Shown here in pieces: positions 28,188 through 36,495 of a stretch of 53,314 nucleotides of DNA (position 1 is its first letter; every line of letters starts with the position of its first letter). The notes under the pieces are model-generated. The model did not search any database, had not been told where the DNA came from, and saw only the letters and a list, made by a program, of their open reading frames with translations. The position numbers and the translations under genes were made by a program. Source of the stretch: Dehalococcoidia bacterium (lineage in GTDB: Bacteria > Chloroflexota > Dehalococcoidia > CAUJGQ01); NCBI GenBank assembly GCA_038325665.1, contig JBBQJF010000001.1:1-53314 (forward strand), read 5' to 3'.

Positions 28188-28946
28188 TCAGATGTTTGAC
28201 CGCGTCTGCCCGCCGTCAACGTTGATGCTGGCGCCCGTCACCCAACTGGCGCGGGATGAGCATAAGAAGACAACGACGTCGGCCACCTCCTCCGGGCGAC
28301 CGAAGCGGCCCGAGGCGATGTTCTGGTCGATGAACTTTGTCATCCCTTCCGGATCGGCCTCCATCCGGCGCCACCAGCCGCCGCCGGGGAACGAGATCGA
28401 ACCCGGCGCCACCGAGTTGACGCGAATGCCGTCGCGCGCCAGTTCCAGCGCCAGCGCCTTGGCGTGCGAGATCATCGCCGCCTTGACGGCGTTGTACGTG
28501 GTCAGGCCGCCCGCTTCACGACCCCAGATCGAGGCGATATGCACGATACTGCCGCCGCCGGCCGCCCGCATCTCCGGCACGACCAACCGACATAGTCGCA
28601 CGGCCGCCATCAAGTTCGCGTCCCAGGAGGTCTGCCAGGCCGCGTCATCGTTTCCAGGGAACGCGCCACCGACGTTGTTGACGAGCATATCGATCCGGCC
28701 GAACGCCTCCTTGGCCTCCGCTACCACCCGCTCGGCCGCATCAGGTTGCGACAGGTCGGCAGCCACGGCGATCGCGTCGCCACCCCGACCTTTGACCTCG
28801 TTCAGCGTCTGCTCCAACGTCTCGGCGCCTCGTGCGGTGAGGACGACGCGCGCTCCCTCGGCGGCCAGCGCCAATGCGATTGAGCGGCCGATGCCGCGGC
28901 TGGAGCCGCTGACGATGGCAACCTTGTCTTTCAGTTCCAGGTCCAT
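28188..28946 (-). CDS. SDR-family oxidoreductase
   Basis: VAIVSGSSRGIGRSIA, NNVGG and S...YNAVKAA motifs. Start is the ATG at 28946; the longer ORF is Arg/Pro-rich leader noise. Confidence 0.9.
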   Translation of the reverse strand: MDLELKDKVAIVSGSSRGIGRSIALALAAEGARVVLTARGAETLEQTLNEVKGRGGDAIAVAADLSQPDAAERVVAEAKEAFGRIDMLVNNVGGAFPGNDDAAWQTSWDANLMAAVRLCRLVVPEMRAAGGGSIVHIASIWGREAGGLTTYNAVKAAMISHAKALALELARDGIRVNSVAPGSISFPGGGWWRRMEADPEGMTKFIDQNIASGRFGRPEEVADVVVFLCSSRASWVTGASINVDGGQTRSNI

Positions 28947-29196
28947 GGGTAGACGATCCTCCCCCTGCTCGGCGAGGGTACGATAGCAGGCGGCGGTGCT
29001 GTGAACAATCGCGGGCGCTCGCCGCTTGGCGCTGATCTCGCACGGACCCACGCCCGTGCTCGGCTTGCCGTGGCGACCTCGGAGCCAGCGCGCGCCGGGT
29101 GCGCCGGATCCACGGCGTAGCCCACGCGTGGCCGGTGGTGCGATACTGGCACGGGGCGGTGGCGCACGCGGGGAGTGAGCACGGGGGGCGCTGAGC

Positions 29197-29787
29197 ATGG
29201 TAGCGGCAAAGGCGACGCGGCAATATACGCCGGCCGAGTATCTCGCGCTGGAGCGGCAGGCCGACTACAAGAACGAGTACATCGACGGCTACATTGTCGC
29301 GATGTCCGGTGTCACCAGTCACCACGACCGCATCGCGCTTGACGTGTGCGGCGAGTTGCGCGAGCAGCTCCGTGATGGACCGTGCAACATCTTCTCGTCC
29401 GCCATGCGCGTGAGGAACCTGGTGACCGGCCGCTACACCTATTCCGACGCTTCGGTCGTGTGCGGCGAGCCGGAATTCGAGGACGACGAACTCGACACCC
29501 TACTCAATCCCGCCGTCATTGTCGAGGTGCTCTCGCCGTCCACGGAGGCGTACGACCGGGGGGACAAGTTCGCGGCGTACCGACGGCTGCCCAGCCTCCG
29601 GGAATACGTGCTGATCGCCCAGGACCGACCGAGTGTCGAGCACTACCTGCGTCAGGGCCAGCAGTGGCTGCTCACCGCGGTCACCGACCTCGACGCGGCG
29701 GTCGCGCTGCCGACTATCGGCTGCGAACTGCGCCTGGCCGAGGTCTACCGGCGGGTGCGCTTCCCCGATCCGCCCGCCGGCGTATAA
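29197..29787 (+). CDS. Uma2-family (DUF820) putative endonuclease
   Basis: YTPAEYLALERQADYKNEYIDGYIVAMSG..HH, YSDASVVCGEPEF, LLNPAVIVEVLSPSTEAYDRGDKFAAYRRLPSLREYVLI. Confidence 0.85.
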   Translation: MVAAKATRQYTPAEYLALERQADYKNEYIDGYIVAMSGVTSHHDRIALDVCGELREQLRDGPCNIFSSAMRVRNLVTGRYTYSDASVVCGEPEFEDDELDTLLNPAVIVEVLSPSTEAYDRGDKFAAYRRLPSLREYVLIAQDRPSVEHYLRQGQQWLLTAVTDLDAAVALPTIGCELRLAEVYRRVRFPDPPAGV

Positions 29788-29829
29788 GGTGGCGGCCTGC
29801 CTTTATGCGCCGGTCCAACGCCCGCCCGC

Positions 29830-31272
29830 TCACTGGACTCCGAGCCATGTGCGCCAGCGGTCGCGGTAGTCGGGTTCGACAGCCTTGATCGCCCCCACCT
29901 CGCGCAGCACGTCGAGCGGCATCTCGGCCGCGCCCCGGATCGCGTCGGGAGGCGCGAGCGGTTCCGGGCGTTCGCCCACCACCATGGACGCGCGCAACTC
30001 ACGCAGATCGTCATCCGTGAGGCCGGCCAGGTCGCGCAACACCTCGTCGTTGTGTTCGCCCAGCAGCGGCGCGGGGCCGCGCGCTCCCGCCTCGAATTCG
30101 GAGAAGTGTACCGGCAACTGGCGTGGATAGGGCCGCGGCCCGATCTCGGGGTGATCGACCACCTCGAAGTGGCCGCGGGCGCGCAGATGCTCGTTCATGA
30201 GCAGGTCCTTGCCGTGCAGCACCGCTGCCGCCCGCACGCCGGCTGCTTGCAGTGTCGCCATCGCGTCGTGCTTGGTCCGGCCCCGGGTCCAGCCGCTGAT
30301 CAGCAGGTCGAGCGCATCGTGGTTGTCGTGGCGGGCGAGCACACCGGCGAACCGCTCATCTCGCGTCCATTCCGGATGCCCGACGGCGTCGCACAGTCGC
30401 GCGAATTCGGCGTCATCGTGGCAGGAGATCACCACCCACTCATCACCGGCAGCCGCGTGGCGCGCGATCGGTGATGTATCCCCCGGCTCGTTTCCTTCAT
30501 CGGAGCGGTGGTGTGCCGCTCCTTCCTCCAGAGAGGGGTAGCAGCCCCGCGGTGCGGCGAACCAGGATCGGTTGCCACGACGTTCGGGCAGACGGCCGTT
30601 CATCTGATAGTCGAGCAGCGCCTCTCCGATCAGGGGCATCGCTGCCTCGTGCTCGGAGAGGTCGATGTACTGACCCGTGCCGGTGCGGCGGCGATAGTGT
30701 AGCGCCATCAGCACTGCCGAGGCGGCGGCGAGGCCGGCGAGCGGGTCGGTGAGTGAGATGCCGGAACGCATCGGCGCCTCGCCGGGGTAGCCCGTGGTCT
30801 GGGAGATGCCCGATGCCGGCTCCAGACCCATGCCGTACGCGATCCAATCGCGGTACGGCCCCTGCTGCCCGTAGCCGGAGAGTGAGCAGTAGATGATGTC
30901 CGGCCGCACGGCGCGTAGCTCGTCATAGCCCAACCCGAAGCCGCGCATCACCCGCGGCGCGAATGATTCCAGCACCACGTCGCACGTTGCGGCCAGCCGC
31001 TTAAACAGCTCAACACCCTCGGGCCGGGTCAGGTCGAGCGTGACATCCTGCTTGCCCAGGTTGCGCGCCATGAAATAGCCGCCGCGGTTCCAGTAGCGTT
31101 CGCCCGTGTCGTTCTCGGCCAGCACCAGCATCCGCGCTAGTTCCCACCGCTGCATCGCCTCGACGTGAATCACCTCCGCGCCGAGGTCGGCCAGCACCCG
31201 CCCGCAGGTCGGCCCGGCGTAGGTGTTGGACGCATCAAGCACACGAATGCCGGACAGGGGAAGAGTGAGCAT
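29830..31272 (-). CDS. family III CoA-transferase (CaiB/BaiF), 480 aa
   Basis: LSGIRVLDASNTYAGPTCGRVLADLGAEVIHVE, VLESFAPRVM..GLGYDEL and YCSLSGYGQQGPY. GGAG RBS. Confidence 0.9.
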   Translation of the reverse strand: MLTLPLSGIRVLDASNTYAGPTCGRVLADLGAEVIHVEAMQRWELARMLVLAENDTGERYWNRGGYFMARNLGKQDVTLDLTRPEGVELFKRLAATCDVVLESFAPRVMRGFGLGYDELRAVRPDIIYCSLSGYGQQGPYRDWIAYGMGLEPASGISQTTGYPGEAPMRSGISLTDPLAGLAAASAVLMALHYRRRTGTGQYIDLSEHEAAMPLIGEALLDYQMNGRLPERRGNRSWFAAPRGCYPSLEEGAAHHRSDEGNEPGDTSPIARHAAAGDEWVVISCHDDAEFARLCDAVGHPEWTRDERFAGVLARHDNHDALDLLISGWTRGRTKHDAMATLQAAGVRAAAVLHGKDLLMNEHLRARGHFEVVDHPEIGPRPYPRQLPVHFSEFEAGARGPAPLLGEHNDEVLRDLAGLTDDDLRELRASMVVGERPEPLAPPDAIRGAAEMPLDVLREVGAIKAVEPDYRDRWRTWLGVQ

Positions 31273-31312
31273 GGATTGGCTCCGTTCGCGGAGTTTTGAA
31301 TCAGCGGCGGTC

Positions 31313-31645
31313 TCACAATCGCCGGTACGCCGGCTCGTCAGCGCTTCCCGGCGTCACAGGCAGGCCGGCCAGGCTCAGCCGGCGGCGATCGTACTCCTCA
31401 AGCGTGATGAAGTCGCCCCGGTCGAGCGCGGCGACACCCTCTCGAACGGCGGCGAGGTCATCGGGTGACAGCGGCTCGTCGCACCCATCGGTGAGCCAGT
31501 CGAGGAGCGCTTGACGGGAGAAACGCCATTCCCGGCCGACTTTGCGCCCCGGCATCCGTCCCATCCGCGCCTGCTCCCGAACTGTCGCCGGGCTGACGGC
31601 GAGCAGTACCGCTGCTCCTGGCACGTCCAGCACATCTGACTCCAT
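31313..31645 (-). CDS. excisionase-family HTH protein with an antitoxin-like C-terminal tail
   Basis: VLDVPGAAVLLAVSPATVREQARMGRMPGRKVGREWRFSRQALLDWL helix-turn-helix region. The tail LSPDDLAAVREGVAALDRGDFITLEEY resembles the tail of the 14198-14461 antitoxin. Confidence 0.55.
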   Translation of the reverse strand: MESDVLDVPGAAVLLAVSPATVREQARMGRMPGRKVGREWRFSRQALLDWLTDGCDEPLSPDDLAAVREGVAALDRGDFITLEEYDRRRLSLAGLPVTPGSADEPAYRRL

Positions 31646-31711
31646 CAAGACCCTCCAGCCGTCAGCCACCACGCTCTAGTGCAACATCGTACGCCACCGC
31701 GAACGGGCTTG

Positions 31712-31852
31712 CGGCTGTCAGCGCCATGCCGTCGACCGGCGCCGGCTGGCTTCCCACGCCGCGAGAAGTGCGTTCGCGGCTGGCGCGTCGTCCTCGGGTA
31801 CCACCCACTTGAGCGCCAGACTTGCATTGACGACAACGGCGCGGACGATCAA
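31712..31852 (-). pseudogene. truncated PIN-domain (VapC-like) remnant
   Basis: The TTG start overlaps the upstream stop codon (TTGA). Translation is LIVRAVVVNASLALKWVVPEDDAPAANALLAAWEAS, a typical VapC N-terminus but with Asn where the first Asp is expected. It stops after 46 codons. Confidence 0.45.
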
Positions 31853-32148
31853 GGTTCACTCCCTTCACGCAGCTCGCGCAGTATCTCGGTGCTGTTGCTG
31901 AACACCCGTCCCTGAAAGCGCTCACACCATTGCGCCAGGAGGGTCACGATCGGCTCTCCGTGTTCCGTTAGTGGCTGGTCGCTCACCAGTCGTGGAGCGT
32001 GCCGCTCCCGCGCCATCGCGGCGGTGTCTCGAGGGTTCGCCCGGCTGTGTTCGGCGTTGATTCCGCGCTGTTGGTTCGGCCGCGCGATTGGTATGCACAG
32101 TCGCTGGCTATGGCTCATCCCATTGGCTTCGTGACTCGCATTAGTCAC
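31849..32148 (-). CDS. putative antitoxin-like small protein (start uncertain)
   Basis: Its stop codon overlaps the PIN remnant start codon. No family recognised and no convincing RBS for any of the three candidate starts. Confidence 0.3.
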   Translation of the reverse strand: MTNASHEANGMSHSQRLCIPIARPNQQRGINAEHSRANPRDTAAMARERHAPRLVSDQPLTEHGEPIVTLLAQWCERFQGRVFSNSTEILRELREGSEP

Positions 32149-32317
32149 GGCAGCTTGCTAACGCCCCCATTCGCGGTGCGTCTCGTCACATGACGGTCTG
32201 ATCGGCTGGCGTCCGAAGTAATCGTAGCATGATGGGCGGACGGCAACCGACTGCACCACGAACCTATCGAACTCATCCTCGGCAAATGCGACCGAGCCTA
32301 AGCTCACTACCCGCCCG

Positions 32318-33520
32318 CTAGATCACGCCCCGCTCCCGTAGGATCACCGTCTCCTCGGGCGTGTAGCCGGTCTCCCCGCCGGTGAGAATCTCCTGGTTGT
32401 GTTCGCCCAGCAGCGGCGCCGGCCCGGTCTGCCACGGTGTCTCGCTCATCCGCCACGGCGGGCCGGGGTGGCGCAGCGCGCCGGCCTTGGGGTGGTCGAT
32501 CGCGGTGAAGTAGTCGCGGGCGGCAAGGTGGGGGTCGGCGAGCACGCCGGCGATGGTGGGTACCAGCGCGCAGGGCAGACGCAGCTCCTGTCCGGTTTCG
32601 ACGATCTGGCGGGCGGTGTGCGACATCAGATACGGGCGGAGCACATCCTCGAACTCGCGCCAGCGGCGGTACCGCTCGGATGCGTCGGTGAACAGCGGAT
32701 CGTCGATTAGGTCCGGTCGCTCGACCATCACCGCCAGTTCTTGCAGACCGAGCCGTCCGTACAACAGAGCGACGTGGCCATCCATGCACGGCATGATGTC
32801 GGACGGATACCGGAACGGGTGGCGACTGTACCAGCGGCGGCGGATGGCGCCCTGGAAGGCGTACAGCAGCGCGCCGTACTCGTCGTTGGCGGCGATCGCC
32901 TCCAGTAACGAGGTCTCGACCTGGCCGCCGCCGCCACCCGCGTCGCGATGCGCGAGCGCGGCGAGGATGCCGATCAGCAGGTTGTGGGCGGCGATGTAGT
33001 CTGCCACCTCGACGCCGTGGTTCAGCGGTTCGCGCTCCGGGTCACCCGTGACGTACATCAGCCCGCCCGCTGCCCAGGCCGTGAACGCGTCGCCGGTATA
33101 GTCTCTCCACGGACCCGTGTGCCCAAACGGCGTCACCGATGCGCTGATTAGGTGGGGGAACTCCGCTTGCAGCCACTGATAGTCGAGCCGGTAGCCGGCC
33201 ATCATCCCCGGCGCGGCGCTATCCACCACAACATCGGTTTTCGCCAGCAGCTTCTTGAGAATCACCTGGCCCGAGGTGGTCGCGATGTCGAGCGTGACGC
33301 TCTTCTTGCCGGTGTTGAGATGCAAAAACAGCGCGGCGCGTTCTGGGTCGGGGATGTCGCCGGGGAAGGGTCCGATCGCCCGTGCGCGCCCGCCGACGCC
33401 GGGCGGCTCGATCGTGATCACCTCGGCGCCGAAATCGGCGAGCAGCTTGGTGCAGTACGGCCCAGCCGTGCCTTGCGACAGGTCAAGCACGCGAAGGCCG
33501 GTGAGCGCACGGTCAGCCAT
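32318..33520 (-). CDS. family III CoA-transferase (CaiB/BaiF), 400 aa
   Basis: LTGLRVLDLSQGTAGPYCTKLLADFGAEVITIE, and SVTPFGHTGPW. GGAGG RBS. Confidence 0.9.
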   Translation of the reverse strand: MADRALTGLRVLDLSQGTAGPYCTKLLADFGAEVITIEPPGVGGRARAIGPFPGDIPDPERAALFLHLNTGKKSVTLDIATTSGQVILKKLLAKTDVVVDSAAPGMMAGYRLDYQWLQAEFPHLISASVTPFGHTGPWRDYTGDAFTAWAAGGLMYVTGDPEREPLNHGVEVADYIAAHNLLIGILAALAHRDAGGGGGQVETSLLEAIAANDEYGALLYAFQGAIRRRWYSRHPFRYPSDIMPCMDGHVALLYGRLGLQELAVMVERPDLIDDPLFTDASERYRRWREFEDVLRPYLMSHTARQIVETGQELRLPCALVPTIAGVLADPHLAARDYFTAIDHPKAGALRHPGPPWRMSETPWQTGPAPLLGEHNQEILTGGETGYTPEETVILRERGVI

Positions 33521-33735
33521 TGGTATCCTCCGCGGCGGTGAGCCGCGTCGCGCATCATACCATCACCGGCAGGCCGGCAAAATTCGCTCGCCGGCCCCGG
33601 GTGCAACACGGGCGGGACGTGGGTGGTGCACGCCGTTTCATCCGGCTTGAACGTCGACGCGAGCGTTTGTACGCTGCGTGTCGAGGCAGTCGCGGCCGGC
33701 GCGCCGCGCATTTTGCGTGACCAGGAGTTGTACGA

Positions 33736-34398
33736 ATGGCGATCCAGAAACACGCCGCGGCGCTGGTATTTGCGGCGGCCGCGATGTTCGCGCTTGCCGC
33801 CGGCGGGTCAGTGCATGCCCAGCTCGGAAATCGTATCTATGGCTCGGCCACCCTCAACGGTGCGTCCGCGCCGGTGGGAACGACGATCGTGGCGGTGACC
33901 GAGGGCAGCAAGGTGTGTGCGACGACCACGACGACACAGTTGCAGGCGAACGCGACCGCGCGCAGCTACCCCTACGTGATGGATATTCCCAGCGGACCCG
34001 CGGCGCCGGAGTGCAAGCCGGGAGCGGTCATTACCTTTGCGGTCGGGGGGTTGACCGCGGCGCAGAGTTTCACCATTGACGAGATCGGCAGCTTCCGCCT
34101 AATCGACCTGACCGCGCCCGGCACACCAAACGTCCCCTCGACGACGCGCACGGTCACGCTCACGGCGGGCTGCACCGAGGTCACATCAACCTTCCCGGAC
34201 AACACGCCCGCCGCCACGGTCGCGGCGGCGGTTGCGCCGGCCACGGCGCTGTCGGCGTTCTGGCGCGCCGACGGGACACAAGGCGCGTTCCGCGGCCACG
34301 GCCCATTGTCGGCGGCGGCCAGCGACCTCGCGACTGTCAATCGTGGTGACGCGCTGCGTTTTTGCACCACCACCGCGGCCACATTGACGCAACCCTGA
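33736..34398 (+). CDS. secreted hypothetical protein (220 aa); its N-domain is paralogous to those of the two LTD proteins
   Basis: Signal peptide AALVFAAAAMFALAAGGSVHAQ. NRIYGSATLNGASAPVGTTIVAV...C...PECKPGAVITFAVGG aligns with the N-domains of 48758-49744 and 49770-50765. Confidence 0.7.
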   Translation: MAIQKHAAALVFAAAAMFALAAGGSVHAQLGNRIYGSATLNGASAPVGTTIVAVTEGSKVCATTTTTQLQANATARSYPYVMDIPSGPAAPECKPGAVITFAVGGLTAAQSFTIDEIGSFRLIDLTAPGTPNVPSTTRTVTLTAGCTEVTSTFPDNTPAATVAAAVAPATALSAFWRADGTQGAFRGHGPLSAAASDLATVNRGDALRFCTTTAATLTQP

Positions 34399-34696
34399 TC
34401 AGCGAGTGCCCTGGCCGTGTCGTCTTCAATGACGCGGCCGAGGCGCTGCCCTGGACTACGAGTGTGGGGTATGCGCCTCCGCCGCGCCATTCCCGACGAG
34501 TGCGTCGCGGCGCGCAAGGGTAGTGTCCCGATATTACCAATGGCAGGCATGACCCATCGGCGGAAGCCGTGAGGACATCGGTACTAAACATGGCGCGGTA
34601 TCCGTCCACGGCGTCCGCGAGGGGCATGGATATTCCTGTCCCATGGCACTCCGCCGCGCCTCGCGGATCGGCATGGGCGGGTACGGGCTGACTCGG

Positions 34697-34736
34697 GCTA
34701 ATAGCCGCTAATACGAGCTAATACGAGCTAATACAG
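34697..34736. repeat. four tandem 10-nt units GCTAATA(G/C)(C/G)(C/A/G)
   Basis: GCTAATAGCC GCTAATACGA GCTAATACGA GCTAATACAG. Exactly one helical turn apart, 55-100 nt upstream of the predicted -35 element. Confidence 0.8.
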
Positions 34737-34790
34737 AACCCTCACCCTCTCTCTCTCATACGTTCGCTCCCGCTCGTTCTCGTACGTTCA

Positions 34791-34819
34791 TTGCTATCTC
34801 TTTCTGCCGATGCTATGAT
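34791..34819 (+). promoter_or_regulatory. putative sigma70-type promoter of the speH-speB operon
   Basis: TTGCTA (34791-34796), 17-nt spacer, TATGAT (34814-34819). Confidence 0.45.
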
Positions 34820-34900
34820 GCATAACGTGCCCTGGCGTACCGGGGCCGCGGTGCACTGCGTGCACGAGACATACGGTAGAAAGATCGGCAAATAGCGATG

Positions 34901-34945
34901 GCCGACTGGCAGTTCCGCGATGGCGGGGCTGCTGGACGGCTTTTT
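34901..34945 (+). terminator. terminator-like hairpin plus T5 inside the speH leader (possible attenuator)
   Basis: GCCGACTGGCAG (34901-34912) pairs with CTGCTGGACGGC (34929-34940): 9 Watson-Crick pairs, 2 G-U pairs and 1 mismatch. TTTTT follows at 34941-34945, 50 nt before the start codon. Confidence 0.4.
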
Positions 34946-34995
34946 CGGTGTCTGGCGCACAGCGTGGGCCGCGAGGTCAGCAAAGAGGAGTACCA

Positions 34996-35424
34996 ATGCA
35001 CGTTACAATCGATGGGTTCGGCGGTGACCGGGCGAAGCTGGCATCCGAGGAGTTGGTTCGGGATCTACTCGACCGGTACCCCGGTGAGATCGGCATGACC
35101 AAGATCTCGGAGCCGCACGTCCGCCGCTACGTGGGCGATAAGCCCGAGGACTGGGGTGTGTCCGGCTTCGTCCTGATCGCAGAGAGCCACATCACCATTC
35201 ACACGTTTGTCGAGCACGATCAGGTGTGGGTCGATATCTTCTCCTGCAAGGAGTTCGATGCCACCAAGGCGATTCTCGACATCAAGCGCGCGTTCGGCCT
35301 GCGCGATGTGACCACGCGTATGCTCGAGCGCGGTCTCGAATACCCGCACGACATCGATGCATCAATCCCCCTCGCCGAACTGGAGCGGGTGGAAGCAGCC
35401 GCTGTCGTCAGTGGACGTGGTTAG
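34996..35424 (+). CDS. speH: pyruvoyl-dependent decarboxylase proenzyme of the AdoMetDC (SpeH/SpeD class 1) family
   Basis: WGVSGFVLIAESHITIHTF self-cleavage motif (Glu-Ser) and DIFSCKEFD. AAAGAGGAG RBS. Substrate is not certain (see findings). Confidence 0.85.
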   Translation: MHVTIDGFGGDRAKLASEELVRDLLDRYPGEIGMTKISEPHVRRYVGDKPEDWGVSGFVLIAESHITIHTFVEHDQVWVDIFSCKEFDATKAILDIKRAFGLRDVTTRMLERGLEYPHDIDASIPLAELERVEAAAVVSGRG

Positions 35425-35491
35425 CTTCGTACAGAGAGGACCGGCAGGTAGTTGATAGCGTCACGTCATCCGCTACCTGCCGGGCATTGCC

Positions 35492-36424
35492 ATGCCCTTT
35501 GATCCGTACCATGACGCACGCTTCTATCCGGCGCGCAACTTCGCCGCGCTGGAACCGGAGTTCACCGACTTCGCCACGGCGCGCGTCGTCGTGCTGCCGG
35601 TGCCGTACGATGCCACCACCACCGCGCGGGCCGGCGCACGCGAGGGGCCACAGGCGATCATCGACGCGTCGGCCGATATGGAGCTGTACGATCTCGTACT
35701 GGAGCGCGAGCCGTACCGCGCCGGTATTCACACGCTTCCCGAGGTCGCGCCCCACTCGGGCAGCCCCGATGCGATGATCGCCCGGCTCGAAGAGATCGCC
35801 GGTGAGCTGATCGACGCGGGCAAGTTCGTCGTCACGCTCGGCGGTGAGCATACCGTGGCCGCCGCGCCGGTGCGCGCCTACGCCGCGCGGGTGCCCGACC
35901 TGTCGGTGCTCGCCTTCGACGCGCACGCCGATATGCGCGACGAGTACAACGATTCACGCTTCAATCACGCCTGCACGTTGCGCCGCTCCCTGGAAGCGGT
36001 GCAGAGAGGGCGGCGTGCCGCGGTGGGAGGAAACCGCGAACCAACGCTGGTTCACGTTGGCCTCCGCTCGGCAACCCGCGAAGAACACGAGTTCTTTCGC
36101 GTGTCGGGGCTGCCCTTCTTCCCGGCGCATCAGTACCGCCGCATGTCCGACGGACCGCAACGCGTCGCCGACCGCCTCACGGACGACGTGTATATCACCA
36201 TCGACATCGACTGCTTCGACCCGGCTCAAGTCGCCGGCGTGGGCACACCCGAACCCGGGGGGCTGTTCTGGGAAGACGTGGTCGCGACCATCGAAGAGGT
36301 GGCGCGCACCCGGCGGATCGTCGGCTTCGACCTCACCGAGCTCGCGCCCGACTATGGCGTGCGCGCCAACGCCCAACTCGCGGCCAAGCTGGTGTACCGC
36401 ACCATCGGCCTCGCCTTGCCCTGA
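35492..36424 (+). CDS. speB: agmatinase (ureohydrolase family)
   Basis: GGEHTV, FDAHADMRDEY, ITIDIDCFDPA and GTPEPGG Mn-binding motifs. Confidence 0.9.
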   Translation: MPFDPYHDARFYPARNFAALEPEFTDFATARVVVLPVPYDATTTARAGAREGPQAIIDASADMELYDLVLEREPYRAGIHTLPEVAPHSGSPDAMIARLEEIAGELIDAGKFVVTLGGEHTVAAAPVRAYAARVPDLSVLAFDAHADMRDEYNDSRFNHACTLRRSLEAVQRGRRAAVGGNREPTLVHVGLRSATREEHEFFRVSGLPFFPAHQYRRMSDGPQRVADRLTDDVYITIDIDCFDPAQVAGVGTPEPGGLFWEDVVATIEEVARTRRIVGFDLTELAPDYGVRANAQLAAKLVYRTIGLALP

Positions 36425-36457
36425 CGTTCGCTGCGCGTGCCGCACCATTCCCACCGC

Positions 36458-36487
36458 TTGACACATGAAATCAATATCCGGTATTAT
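36458..36487 (+). promoter_or_regulatory. putative sigma70-type promoter
   Basis: TTGACA (36458-36463), 18-nt spacer, TATTAT (36482-36487), in a locally AT-rich patch. Confidence 0.5.
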
Positions 36488-36495
36488 TCTTCTAT

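Noticed and set aside
27634-28986. 450-aa + strand ORF spanning the membrane-protein and SDR genes.
   Set aside because: It is antisense to two genes with clear coding signatures (TM helices and SDR motifs). Its composition is Arg/Pro/Ser-rich. It is a shadow ORF.
34697-34736. Considered whether the short tandem repeats could be a mini CRISPR array.
   Set aside because: The units are 10 nt long and contiguous with no spacers, and no cas genes are present. This is not CRISPR.
34898-35098. 66-codon ORF starting in the speH leader and overlapping the speH start codon, as a possible leader peptide.
   Set aside because: It has no Shine-Dalgarno sequence, it is out of frame with speH, and it has low coding character. 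It is kept only as a remark in the leader finding.
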